DNA from: Lytechinus pictus
Taxonomy: Eukaryota
Direction: 5' to 3'
Assembly (NCBI RefSeq): GCF_037042905.1
Contig: NC_087245.1
Coordinates: 2,172,001-2,236,000 of the forward strand
Length of the DNA stretch: 64,000 nt
This document shows, one piece after another, positions 1 through 12,300 of the stretch (positions within the stretch are counted from its first letter, which is position 1; the number at the start of each line of letters is the position of its first letter). A program made the position numbers and the translations under genes. The notes beneath the pieces are model-generated. The model ran no database searches and had not been told where the DNA came from. It was given only the letters and a program-made list of their open reading frames with translations.

Positions 1-123
1 TACATTCACTCCGAAGCTACTCCTTTCCTTCTATCTCTCTCTTTCTGAAACGAACATTTTTATCAATTTATGAGTAGTCATTATTTATGTGCTTTTGTTA
101 AAACCTGTTCATATGTTATTTAA

Positions 124-3100
124 ATGTCTATTTCAACGTCTTGTTCTTTTTGTTTGAGGCAACTCCCTAATTTGAATAATCATGAATGTCCTTTTTGTAA
201 GGAGAGTTTACAGGAGCATGCTTCTGTGGGGACTGTAGAAAATGATTTTATTAATGATACCTGCTATTATCTGCCACCTCAATTAAATGATCACTTTAGT
301 TCTTGCCAATATAATCTTAATGACCATAGTACACTGTCAGTTGTGCATTTCAATTGTCGAAGTATTAAGAAAAATTTTGAAAATATTGAATCTCTTTTGT
401 CTACTTTGAATTTTTCATTCCATATCATAGCTCTGTCTGAGACTTGGCTAATCAATGACGAGACATTTATATTCAGTGGTTACAATTTTGTTGGTACTGG
501 GCGTAAGAATAAGCGAGGTGGAGGTGTTGGCTTTTTTATTAAACATGGTGTGAGGTTTCATCGGCGCACTGATCTTGATGTTTTTAATGATTCTATTGAG
601 TCGATTTTTATTGAAGTGTCTCAAAAAGAAAAAAGCTTAATTCTTGCCACAGTGTACAGACCCCCTTCTCAACCTGTCACTGATTTTTTAAACTTTTTTG
701 AGCCATCGCTCCATAAAATATCAACAGGGCAAAAGGAATGTCAATTGATTGGTGATTTTAATGTTGATTTATTGAATCCCACAATGAATAATGATATTGA
801 TAAATTTATTGATTTTCTTCTTACATTTTCCTTTACTCCGTTGATTCTTAAACCAACACGGATTACTGATAATTCTGTGACTCTTATTGATAATGTATTT
901 ACAAACAGGCCTGAATACAACCTTGGTACTGGCATAATTTTAAGTGATGTGAGTGATCACCTGCCTATTTTTACCTTTTCTAAATTTTATAGTTTTCCCC
1001 ATAAATCACTGTGCAATAATGTAAAATATAAGCGTGTTATAAATGAGGTTAATATTTCTAGATTTTGTACTAAATTGCAAACTGTTGACTGGAATATGGT
1101 TCTTGAATTGCCAGATGTTGATATCAAGTTTGATTCATTTATGTTGAGTCTTACTAGTATTTACAACGAATGTTTTCCTCTTCAAACAGTAAAACAAAAT
1201 ATATCTAACAAAAATAAACCCTGGTTTGATTCAGGATTAAAGAAAATGATTAATAAAAAACATCTTTTGTATAGGAAGTATCTTAAAAATCCAACAACGT
1301 ATCGAAAAAATGTTTACTGTACTTATAGAAATCTAGTAACTTGTGAGATACGTAGACACAAGAGAGAATATTATTTTAATTTGTTTAAGAAATCTTGTAA
1401 CAACACAAAAAGTACTTGGAAAATAATTAATCATATTTTGAATCGAGTGAAGAACAAGTTACATTGTCTATGCATTAAGATTGACGATGTACAAATTTTT
1501 GACAAAAATACTATTGTAAATGCATTTAATAATTTTTTCGCTGATGTTGGGAATGACATTGAAAGAACATTACCAGTTGTACAGAATCATTTTTCAGAGT
1601 TCCTTCCTAAGAAATATCATATACATTCTATGTTCATGAATCCAATTGAATGTCATGAAATACTAGAAATTGTAAGACATCTAAAATCTAGTAAAAGTCC
1701 TGGATATGATGATATAGACGTTGACATTATTAAAAAGACTATTTTATTATTTGTAAAACCTTTGTGCAATATTTTTAATTGTTCTTTACAAAACGGGATT
1801 TTTCCAAGTAAGCTTAAGTTAGCGAAAGTTATTCCTGTCTACAAGAAAGGAGATAAATGTGTATTAAATAACTACCGTCCAATTTCAGTACTCTCTACAT
1901 TTTCTAAGATTTTTGAAAAACTTGTTTATACTCGCCTCATGTCATTTCTATGTAGTAATAATATTTTGTATAATAGACAATATGGTTTTAGGAAAAAATA
2001 TTCTTCGTATATGGCACTACTTGATTTTATTAATACCATTTCTGAAACATTTGAAAATAAGCAATTTTTGATCGGAATATTTTTAGATTTATCAAAGGCG
2101 TTTGATTGTATCAATCACAATATTTTAATAGAAAAACTGAAATTCTATGGAATTAGAGGTTCCTGCTTGGATTGGTTTGTAAGTTATTTAAGTAATAGAC
2201 TCCAGTATGTATCAATTGATAATGTGTCCTCTGAAATAAAATCAATTTCTTTAGGCGTACCCCAGGGATCAGTATTGGGCCCGTTACTTTTTCTTTTATA
2301 CGTTAATGATATTCAATATGTAAGTGATATACTCAAACCAATTGTTTTTGCAGATGACACTAATTTATTTTTAACAGGGGACAACGTACAGACGCTGAAT
2401 AACACACTCTCTACTGAATTATCTAAGGTCAATTCATGGTTTTTAGCAAATAGACTTAAATTAAATTTTGATAAAACTTTTTGTATGTTATTCCAACCTA
2501 AAAATAAAAATATAAATTGTAATGAAATAGATGTATGTATCAATGGTTGTAATATTCCATTTGTTCATTCTACTAAATTTTTGGGGGTTACCATAGATGA
2601 CAAATTAACTTGGAAAGAACATATTAACAGCGTGTCTTGTAAAGTAGCAAAAACATTAGGTGTCATGAATAGACTTAAACTTATATTACCTTTGAATATC
2701 CTTCTTAATCTGTATTATACAATGATTTTACCACATTTTAACTATTGTAATATTGTTTGGGGAAATTGTTCTGATTGCCATCTGAGTAGATTAAGAAAAC
2801 TTCAAAAACGTGCAATAAGAATTATCACAAACTCTAACCCTCGTACACATACAGCACCATTTTTTGCCAAATATAAAATACTCACTATAGATCAAATTAA
2901 TAATCAACAAACTGCTATATTTATGTATTCTTATTACAATAATCTCTTGCCAAACTTTCTTAATAAATGTTTTGTACAAAATAAATCACTTACTGGTCGT
3001 CTAACCAGACAAGCGAATGATCTCTTTATTCCAAATTTCAAATACACATTTTCACGAAACACTATTCAATATGTCGGACCCAAACTTTGGAATTCTTTAT

Positions 3101-3174
3101 CAAATGAACTCAAACATTCCCCCACACTCCTGTCTTTCAAACGGAAATATAAATTTTACCTTCTTACTCCTTAA
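124..3174 (+). CDS. LINE ORF2 (APE-type endonuclease + reverse transcriptase), CR1/L2 group (CR1/Crack/Daphne-like), uninterrupted 1016 aa
   Basis: APE motifs HFNCRS, LSETW, RGGGVG, VYRPP, IGDFN, TLIDNVF, SDHLPI. RT motifs KSPGYD, NYRPISVL, QYGFR, FLDLSKAFD, GVPQGSVLGPLLFLLYVND, FADD (2347-2358), KFLG. The C-terminal LQKRAIRII...GPKLWNSL...FKR block is typical of CR1/L2-group ORF2. Confidence 0.97.
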   Translation: MSISTSCSFCLRQLPNLNNHECPFCKESLQEHASVGTVENDFINDTCYYLPPQLNDHFSSCQYNLNDHSTLSVVHFNCRSIKKNFENIESLLSTLNFSFHIIALSETWLINDETFIFSGYNFVGTGRKNKRGGGVGFFIKHGVRFHRRTDLDVFNDSIESIFIEVSQKEKSLILATVYRPPSQPVTDFLNFFEPSLHKISTGQKECQLIGDFNVDLLNPTMNNDIDKFIDFLLTFSFTPLILKPTRITDNSVTLIDNVFTNRPEYNLGTGIILSDVSDHLPIFTFSKFYSFPHKSLCNNVKYKRVINEVNISRFCTKLQTVDWNMVLELPDVDIKFDSFMLSLTSIYNECFPLQTVKQNISNKNKPWFDSGLKKMINKKHLLYRKYLKNPTTYRKNVYCTYRNLVTCEIRRHKREYYFNLFKKSCNNTKSTWKIINHILNRVKNKLHCLCIKIDDVQIFDKNTIVNAFNNFFADVGNDIERTLPVVQNHFSEFLPKKYHIHSMFMNPIECHEILEIVRHLKSSKSPGYDDIDVDIIKKTILLFVKPLCNIFNCSLQNGIFPSKLKLAKVIPVYKKGDKCVLNNYRPISVLSTFSKIFEKLVYTRLMSFLCSNNILYNRQYGFRKKYSSYMALLDFINTISETFENKQFLIGIFLDLSKAFDCINHNILIEKLKFYGIRGSCLDWFVSYLSNRLQYVSIDNVSSEIKSISLGVPQGSVLGPLLFLLYVNDIQYVSDILKPIVFADDTNLFLTGDNVQTLNNTLSTELSKVNSWFLANRLKLNFDKTFCMLFQPKNKNINCNEIDVCINGCNIPFVHSTKFLGVTIDDKLTWKEHINSVSCKVAKTLGVMNRLKLILPLNILLNLYYTMILPHFNYCNIVWGNCSDCHLSRLRKLQKRAIRIITNSNPRTHTAPFFAKYKILTIDQINNQQTAIFMYSYYNNLLPNFLNKCFVQNKSLTGRLTRQANDLFIPNFKYTFSRNTIQYVGPKLWNSLSNELKHSPTLLSFKRKYKFYLLTP

Positions 3175-3308
3175 TGTAGTTTTATATTTGCCTCTCCCCC
3201 TTTATTCGTATTTTACTTTCTCTTGCTTTGTCTGGGGTTTTGAGGTCTAGTATCTTTTTTCTTTTTTTATCCATATGTAATTTGTGTATTCCATTTATTT
3301 CTTTCATT

Positions 3309-3476
3309 GGGGATTGACCTTGATAGATCAATATGGCCTTTGTCAATCCCCTCCACATTTTGATTATTCTATGTCTTTTTTATGTAATATATTGTAACTT
3401 TTTTATTTGTATTGTTTATTATCTATGTATGTATTCAATTGTAATTATATTGCATGTTTTTTACTCAATATGTGGA
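3309..3476 (+). other. LINE 3' UTR stem-loops
   Basis: GGGGATTGAC (3309-3318) pairs with GTCAATCCCC (3342-3351). TCCACATTTTGA (3352-3363) pairs with TCAATATGTGGA (3465-3476) with one mismatch. Confidence 0.7.
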
Positions 3477-3477
3477 A

Positions 3478-3528
3478 AATAAAATTGAATTGAATTGAAT
3501 TGAATTGAATTGAATTGAATTGAATTGA
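3478..3528 (+). repeat. LINE 3' terminus: AATAAA followed by (ATTGA)9
   Basis: Nine exact ATTGA units at 3484-3528. Microsatellite tails instead of poly(A) are established for CR1/L2-group LINEs. Confidence 0.93.
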
Positions 3529-3690
3529 AATCATTTAGAGGAAAAAATTTATACAGCAATTTTTAAAGTTTATTCTTATGTAAAAATATGTTATTTGAAT
3601 AAAAGAAAATCCACCTTTCTTCCTTTATTCATAAACATTTAATCAAGCTTGTTTTGTTACTAAATCCTGCTCTTTCTTTTAAAGAAAAAA

Positions 3691-3777
3691 GTAAAATCTT
3701 ATTAGCACACTTATATATAAATTAGTCTTACTAATAGTAAGACTAATTTATATATAAGTGTGCTAATAAGATTTTAC
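3691..3777. repeat. Perfect palindrome, 43-bp arms with 1-nt spacer
   Basis: GTAAAATCTTATTAGCACACTTATATATAAATTAGTCTTACTA (3691-3733), then A, then its exact reverse complement (3735-3777). Confidence 0.97.
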
Positions 3778-6208
3778 CCAACTCTGTTTGCTTTTCTGGA
3801 TGAGTGATTATTTACAAGAAAGTGAAGGGAAAGTGAAGGGAAATTGTCAGAAGATCTTCATTACCTGGCATTAGAATAAAATAAACATCATTCTTTATCT
3901 GAGCATATTCTATTCCTCTTGTAATCAGAGAAAATGGAAGAAAGGAAAGCTATGGGTAGGTTCTTCTGCTTAATCAAAAAAATCATGATTAATGTTAAAA
4001 ATTGTTGCTGCCACATATTTTCTGCCAAGTTATTTTTTTCCCAGCAGAGTAATGATAAAGTCATTTTGATTTTGATTCCATTTTTGTTGCAGTATGTACC
4101 AATTTGCTAACTTATTTTATTTATTTTTTTAATAAATGCAGGGATCTCAAATCTTATTTCATCAATGTTTTTTGATAGTTTTATTGAAGATAAAATTTAT
4201 TTATAATTCCCTTAAGGTTTTCATTATATTCCACTACATCTTCAGCTCCACTTATTGTTAAGTTGAGACTATACTTAAAATCAGGGATATATTGCGTTTT
4301 AATAGATAAATCATCTATTGAAAATTAGTTTTCAAAGTAAGGTCATTAAACTGTTTTGAACCTTAGGTAGGCCTATATTATTGAGAGATGAAATAGTACA
4401 GCACTATAAGAAATGAAATGAACCATAAACTATGCATTTCAATTCAATGAACACAATCTGGTATCCTTTTAATACCATTTTGTACCTGTGTAAAAGAAAG
4501 AGAAGAAAGGAATGTTTTCAAATTTGTTGGGATTTGTAAGGTGAATGTATTTGACCCTTTGCAGTATAAGTTGTGAATTGGCACTCATGTTATGAAGTAA
4601 ACATTTTTTCCAAGGCACTTGGCTTCTCTTGAAATTGTTATGAAAGACAAGTTTCAATGTTTCTTTTATTGGGGGGGGGGGGGTGAAAAGAAAGAGAGGA
4701 ACACAAAAAAGGAAACATTGGATGGTTTTCCTTCAAGAACTATTTGAACTTCTGGTAATCAATGGAATAGGATTACCATTTTAGCTTGATTGAATCCTTC
4801 TTGTTAAGCATGATAGTGTGTATGGTGTGAATTTATTTTATTTGAAAGCCATTTTTATATATTTTTTAAGTTTTACAGAATAAAAATCCAAGCATCATTG
4901 CTACACTGCCTTGTGAGGGAGCCATTTGCATGAAGCAAGAAATTATTTTTGCTCGAAATGAAGGGAAAAGTTAAAACATAGAGAAGGGGAGGCTCCAATT
5001 GGTTCTTCATGAGTGACTGGATTGATTCATTGCCACAGGAGGGGTGTGGGGTTTCCCCCTTCCCATGGAGGGATAGATGGAGAGGAAAAACAATTATTGG
5101 TTTTTGTGTTATGCTGCTCTGCTCGTGCTGGTAGTAAGGCTGTCAATGCTTCTATACACAAATGCTGGTTTGAAAGGGGGGTGACTATTGTGTTTCTGGC
5201 ACTCGGTGTCAAAGAGCGTTATTGACGTTTCTGGTTATACATCTGAAGACTCCTGCAGCGTTTGTATACATTCACATGTGATTGCTATCTGGTATATTAA
5301 CCAATTTACAGGACTAAAACTTAGTTAAAGTCATACATGTGAGGAAGCATCTGAAGTCTAAGTTGAAGAAAAAGGATTTACATACCTCTGTGGTGTATTT
5401 AATCAGGATAGCTGATGCCAAGTTGATTTTGCAATATTCGAAGGACCATAAAGCAAGATTTTGAAGTGAAATGAGAAATGCTGTATATCGGATGAGCCTG
5501 TCACTACAGTAACTGAAATGTGTATTCTTCGAAGTAGATATGAATGAATTATGGTTTTATTTTAGTCAATGCCAGCTTGCCAAAGTATAATGAAAGATTT
5601 ATGTGACATTGTCAGCCACATTCTGTTTTACTGATGAGCTTAGATGGAAGTGCTACACTCACTTTTCTGAGACTGTTTTCATGTTCAACTTCCACCTCAT
5701 TCATGGAAATAAGTTCAAAGTTTGTACATGTAGACATATGTATTAAGTTTGTGATCAATTCCAAGGTAGAGAGGTACCTAGAGAAAAAGAGACACATTTC
5801 TGTCTGTATTATTGGATTAGTGCAAAGTACCCTCTATCTACTTGAACTAAACCCATGTTCATAGATGGACGATCATATCAGTCTATTTCGCCGGTCTTAA
5901 TACCTTTCATTAGCCAAGGACCTTTCGACAACTCTTCGAAGGAAACAATTTCTGTCCATAATGTAATCACCGCCCCGGATAGGTGTCATGTCATAATCGC
6001 ATTTCGTTTTTCAATAATTGCATCTTCAGCTTGCCCACCCCACGTGTATTCAGCGATGTCAGTGTATATATTGTATATCTATTTATTTATTTTGGTGGTG
6101 GCGAGAGAGTTATGAGGGAACCTAGTCCATCAACACAGACCACACAAACATTATCACCAACTTTAAAGGATTACCACCGATTACATAGTTATTGTTATAA
6201 TTGCCATC

Positions 6209-6329
6209 ATGTTCATCACGAAAGGACATTTTACGCTATTGGGAGAATCCCTATGCGTCCTTATGCTTCTGACATTCCACTTAACAACTACTACAGCAGC
6301 TGTCAAAAACAAATATGTTGCAGAAGGAG
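6209..6329 (+). CDS. Candidate first coding exon of host gene; signal-peptide-like MFITKGHFTLLGESLCVLMLLTFHLTTTTAAVKNKYVAEG, phase-1 donor
   Basis: GCCATCATG start context; hydrophobic core followed by small residues; consensus donor GAG|GTAAGT at 6329/6330; possible upstream acceptor ...TTGCATCTTCAG at 6029; locally CpG-richer. Confidence 0.55.
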
Positions 6330-9300
6330 GTAAGTCTATTGTAACCAATATCTTATCTTCATCCAAGCATACACATTTAGTTGTTGTCCATTACAACTCT
6401 TGAATGGAAACTAAAATGACAAATTTTCAGTTTTATTCCAAAGGTTAAGAAAAAAAATAATTCTTAGTGGTTAATTAATTGAAGTAACGCTTTGTGGCCA
6501 TAGGCTAGCTGGTTTAAATCACAATCTGACATATTATTCTATTTGCTTATAAAGTGCCACATGATAAAGAAATACGTGAAAATAGATCATTGATGTAGAC
6601 CTGAAATAAATTATACATTTTGGGCTGTCAGAAAGTACAGAATTGCTTTTTATTCAGGTAAACAAATAAAAGTTATGAAATCTAAATCCAATAATTATTT
6701 GTGAAGTGAGTTGGCATGTATTATCTTATTTGAGTTGAATCCTCTGAGCTGCCATTATTCATATTATGACCCTGACCATGAGGGCATACAGAAACACCAC
6801 CTGTCTTTTATAGTTGCTCTTTTACATCTTTCCTATAAATCTGTCCATTTTTAGGTGGGCATTGCATTAAAAGGTTATAGTATCTACTGCATTACAAATA
6901 AAAGTATAAAACCACCTTTTATGCACTAGCTCAGGACTGATTATGCTCCAAATACATGAACCCTGAATTCCTATTAGTAGATTAGTAAGTAGAGTTCATA
7001 TACCCCTCCATCTATCTCTCACTGGATGTAAGTATATAGTCATATATCCCTATTATACTACTCATCCAGGCACACTTAAAAGTGACACATATATTGATCC
7101 GTTACAAAGTCGTCAGCCTTGCGTTCTATTGATTTCTCATTTGCGTAAGAAGTAGTTGTGGTAGCAATGGTCATGTTGTTGATGTTACTTTGATATAGCT
7201 GTCAATTCCCTCCTCGACCGATACCACAAGTGAAGTTGATTTGCAATGAACTATAGTGTATTTAAAATTGACATTAGCATTGGAATTAAATAGACTTTTT
7301 TTTTTCTAGGAGTAACAGTTTCCCAAAGTAACTGAATTGTTGATTACAGACCCCAAGATTTGCTTGCCTGGAAAAGGAACCTGTATTAGATTTCGACATT
7401 GTTTAATGTATCTCTGGTATTTTGTATTGTGTAACTACATGTGACATAGGTTTACAAAGAGCATTAATGGCTGATTTGTGGTGTATTTTATTGAAGGCTC
7501 TGTTCAATATTTTTGTTCATAGATATTTGTCTTCTATATCTGGGATATCCCTTTTTGCAGAAAAGCATGCCCCCTCCATGCATTCAAATATTGACTTATT
7601 CTTCAAATAACACCTTTTTGTCAGGACTATTCTGTTTAACATAGTCTTGTTCAATTCTCATTATGTCAATGATTTACTTTCCATTTAATTTCATATTCCA
7701 ATCGTGAAGTTTGCAATATAATACTCAATAAAAGATGCTCAAGATTTATTGAAAGTCAAAAAGAAAGTAAAATACTAAGAAAAAAAGCTCAAGACATACT
7801 GTGTTTGATGCTACATTAAATGATAGCAGATTGGTCACAGTTTATTGGTCATAGACTTTTTCGTGAATGCCTGAGATGTCTGTTTCATGATATTATGAGA
7901 CATGAATATAATTTAGACTATTTACTATTGTATTAACCGATATACTTATTTCATCTTTGAAAGATTATCATTTTTGTCCATTCTCTTCCTATGAGAGTTC
8001 TCCTGCATAGCCGTATCAATCCAACTTTGAACACATTGGTATTTATTTAGCAGAGCAAAGACCATACTGGTTGTGAAAATCATTTTGGTAGAGGTTTACA
8101 AACAATGATTAAAGTAGTTTACATATTAATTGTTTAACTCATATACATACAATATGCATGTACTTTTGTACTATTACTTTACAACTTTCAAGGGAAAGGT
8201 ATCATTTGTACATTATCAAATAGATTACCCTAATATTAAAACATTATCAAGGTACAAGAAGGTTTCATACCTGTGTAAGAGGATATGAATAAACAACCTC
8301 CCAGCTCTTATTGTAATCAGTGGAGTAGAAACACAAATGTAATTCTGTTGTAAACAAGTTCAGTTGCTCTTGTTTGCTGAAAGAAATGAATCATGGAAGA
8401 TTATCCTTCATTGTTAATTGTTTGAAACTTTGCTGAAGCCATTTTAGAATGATTGAGGTTATTTGGGAGAAAGGTCTTCGTTTGGGACATATTTCAGGTT
8501 TGGAATAGCTGCTTGATTGTTCAAATTTGTCATTAAGGAAACTGAACTTGGTAAGCATAGAAGCGTGATGATCAGATCTGTGTAAAGTACAGACTGTCTG
8601 TGATAGAAGCCATACAAGTTGGGTCTTTTCTATAAGTGCAAGGACTGCAGCATATTCTACTCCTTTTGGTGTACAGAATTGCATTTCCCATCAGTAACGG
8701 GATTCAAACCCTGTAAGACCACAATGATCTAGAGATCTGGTTGGATATTGCTTACTATCACATGTATTTTGTTTATATTTAGTATCCAACAGACAATCAT
8801 GCAGAATTACATAAACTACAAAAGTACTTTGAAGTCCAGAATATAAATGGTACTTGGTACACCCACTTATACAATGTTAGGCATTGCATGAAAGATTTCT
8901 TGTTTGTCATTCGATGGTGCTGTCACTTATTTATTTCAAATGAACAAGTTATCAAGAACGAAACTTTAGAGAAACTGTAAGATCTGTTATTCTGAGCATT
9001 CATCCTAAATTCCCTTTGCCTTTTGCAACAGTTTGAGGTATTACAAAAGAACTTTCAGAACTATAGGATTGAGGTGAAATGTGGAGAGATTTTGTCTAGG
9101 GCCTACTAGTTAAGATCTTTTAATGCTCTGTTCATCTGACAAGATGTTAATCCTACTTGGCTTGGCACCTATGGGAATAGTAAATCTCTTTTAAGCATTT
9201 CGTTAGAAAAGCCGATTTGAACATGGTCTAGGTTTGGTTTGATTGAGGGAATATTAGTCCATGATCAGCGGTGATGTGATGCAATGAGGCTGAAGAGAAG

Positions 9301-12300
9301 TAAGAATCTTTGCCAGAGCATGCGTTAGTAAGCTTTTTTAAAATGAGAAGTGTTAAAAAAAAAATGTAATATCATGTGGGTAAGATAATTCCTAAGTATG
9401 TGTATTAGTATATTTAGGAAGGGCCTTGTTTCCAGTAAGTTTGATTTAGATTTTCTTTCAGCCATTGAAAGAAAGGCTTGAAACGACAAGTCATATGTAA
9501 TGGAAAAGATCACACCATAAATCTCATGCAACCACAATCGCTTTGATCTTATACTTGTTGTCAGACACACTCATGTATACATTCACAATCTTCTTGGTCT
9601 TCACTCTCTTTTACTTCTGTTTGTCACAGAAATAAAATGTTACAAAAAACATATAGAAATCCCCATCACTTCCCTCACACTCATGTACACTACATTATAG
9701 CCTTAGGATTTTTTTTTTTAATTTCCAGATGTACAGAATTTTGCATAGCATTTTACATGATTCTCATTTTCAAATAGAAATCATTGTAAAGTGCATTGCT
9801 TATAACAGGATATATAGGAATACTTTTTTTCATACTGTACAGTGTAATACTAAAGGAGTTATCAGAAAGGAATGTAGAATGTTATATCTGATTGGTCATC
9901 ATCAATATAATTATTGGCATAATTTAGATATGGTATTGTATAAACGTATGTAGGTGTAAAGGGGGTACAGATTATCTCTGTTAGAGGTTTATATTATCTA
10001 TTTACTGAACTCATGATAGAACAAAGATGAAATGAATCTCAAAGCTTACTCATTTTTAATTGTTATAGTTTATCTGGCATCAAAATTAGGTGTAGATAAA
10101 AGGATATGTGAAACAGTATCATGCAGGTGACACACACATAGATATTGTAATCCTTGTGATCTGTTATAGTTTCTGTAGATGAATTGAAGCATTTTGAGTT
10201 TTAATTCCATTTCCAAATAACAGAGACAGACTTTTGATTACCCACTTATTGAAAATGTTCTTACTTATTTTATGAATTACATGTATGGTTGGGTTCCACA
10301 AATACTCTGTGTGATTTTGCTGGAATATTATTTTGTTTTGTTTTTTGCTATTAATGTATAAAACACAAGATTATTCTATACGAAGTCACACAATGGTTTT
10401 ATCACCAGTAAGTTATTGTAATGAAAAAAAAAAAACATAATAGCACAATATTTTATGACACTTACGAGACTTACAAGGTGTATGGCACATAGTGATAAAA
10501 TGGTTGGATTGTTCTCAGTGCTAAAGTTAAATGAAACTTTTCATTAAAAATCAGTTATGTTAATATTTCAATGGTAAGACCTTATGGTAAAGCAGCACTT
10601 GTGAAATGTTATACTGAATAGTGAATACCCATACTGATTAGATTGCTGACAAATGCTTAGTGCCATGATAAACACCTGCCTATAGTCAATTTCAAATCCT
10701 TATCTACTATATTATTAATGACCAATGTATCATTAAAATACATTTTCGTGCAAGCTAGGTTTTTGATAAACTCCCTTTTCAGAGCTTTAATGCTGCCCAA
10801 AAGACGTGGTTGAATATATATTTGGATTAAAAGATTAAGGATATTAATTGTTTTGATTTTCGTAGCATTCAAGACAAGCACAGATAAACATTAATCTTGA
10901 TTTTGTGTATGATTTCTTCAAATAAACATTCTTTTCCTGCTTCTTCCTTATTAATCCACATAATGCCTTTCTCAACTAATTGTCCCGTGTTGTTCATACT
11001 AGTATTTATCTTCTTCCATGTCATTCTCCCTGTATTCACAGTATTTTCTTTGTAATTATTATTGGTTTTGACTTCAATAGCTGGACGTGTGATATCGCTT
11101 CTGGCCAACTCTATCACCTGCTGTTGACAATGTCATGAAGAGATTAGAATGCCTCAATTAATCTCTTTAACTTCTCTTTAGAGACAGGAAACTTGAAAAT
11201 TCTAGAGTAAATTTTTGTTAGTTCATTTTATACATATCTGTCTATATCCAATTGCTTTCTTACTTTTATCTAAATAATATATAATTATTTTTTTACCACT
11301 GTATGATGTATTTTTCTGATAGAAAATTCTATATTTATCTTCCTATTATTGATCAGGTGAATTAGCATGATCATTATTGTCTACTTTACGCACAACATTA
11401 TGTTTTCTTTGGACTGGGGTATTTTTAGGGGTCCTATATTTGCTATTGCTTTTGTTTCAATTCCTGTTCATTTCTTTATTATCAGTTCTCTTTGCTTGCT
11501 TCTTCTTTTATGAGTAATCTATTTTCTTAATTACATTACATGTAGTAATATGTGATTATTTCTGTTAGTGATTTCTGGTATTTACAGTACCTTGTTATAA
11601 ATGTTAATCATACATGATTGCGGATCACTAAACCATCTCCATATTTATCATTAACCCAGGATCAATTAATGAATACAGCATCTAACTTTGCATTGAGTTC
11701 ATTCTATTCACATATATTTAAAATTATCTTGATCAATTTGTCATTTCAGAGTTCTTTCATCTAGATCAGTTTAGAAATATGAGGTCACAAGCTAGTGTTG
11801 ATGCTCTTGTGTGTTAACTTTAAAACCAAATGAGCAGGCAAGAAATTGAATTCACCTTAAAATGAAACCAATGTGAATTAAAACTGGGTTGCCCGTCTGT
11901 GTGCACTGGATTACAGAAATTTTATAGGAAATAAGGTTAAATTGCATTTGTCATATTATCACCTGTCATGATCTGTCCTGTTGAACTGTATTAGTAGTAA
12001 TTTCAAGTTTGTTTGTTGTGTGAACAGAGCTGCATTTCACCATACATCCACATGGAACATTCCCGATGCATTCACATGATACTCGTGTCTTGTAGCTTGC
12101 TGTCTGTAATATGAACAGTACATGCCCTTTAGGTATGAATATAGATTATATTTAACGAGGCAGTGTTGCACGTATTCCCAATTCTTTCCACTTACTGACT
12201 TATCTCAATTCAAATGTGCAACAATATCTCTGGTAATTAATGTATAACAAATTACTTACGGTATACTGGGCAATGCATAACATTAGTCATGCAAAAGTTG

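Larger units (their letters stand above)
1..3528 (+). mobile_element. Non-LTR retrotransposon (3' part; 5' end/ORF1 probably left of the window)
   Basis: ORF2, about 300 nt T-rich 3' UTR, AATAAA at 3478-3483 and a tandem-repeat tail. The 5' boundary and TSD are not visible. Confidence 0.92.

Noticed and set aside
741..2979. Short antisense ORFs within the LINE
   Set aside because: They are shadow ORFs of ORF2 with no independent features.
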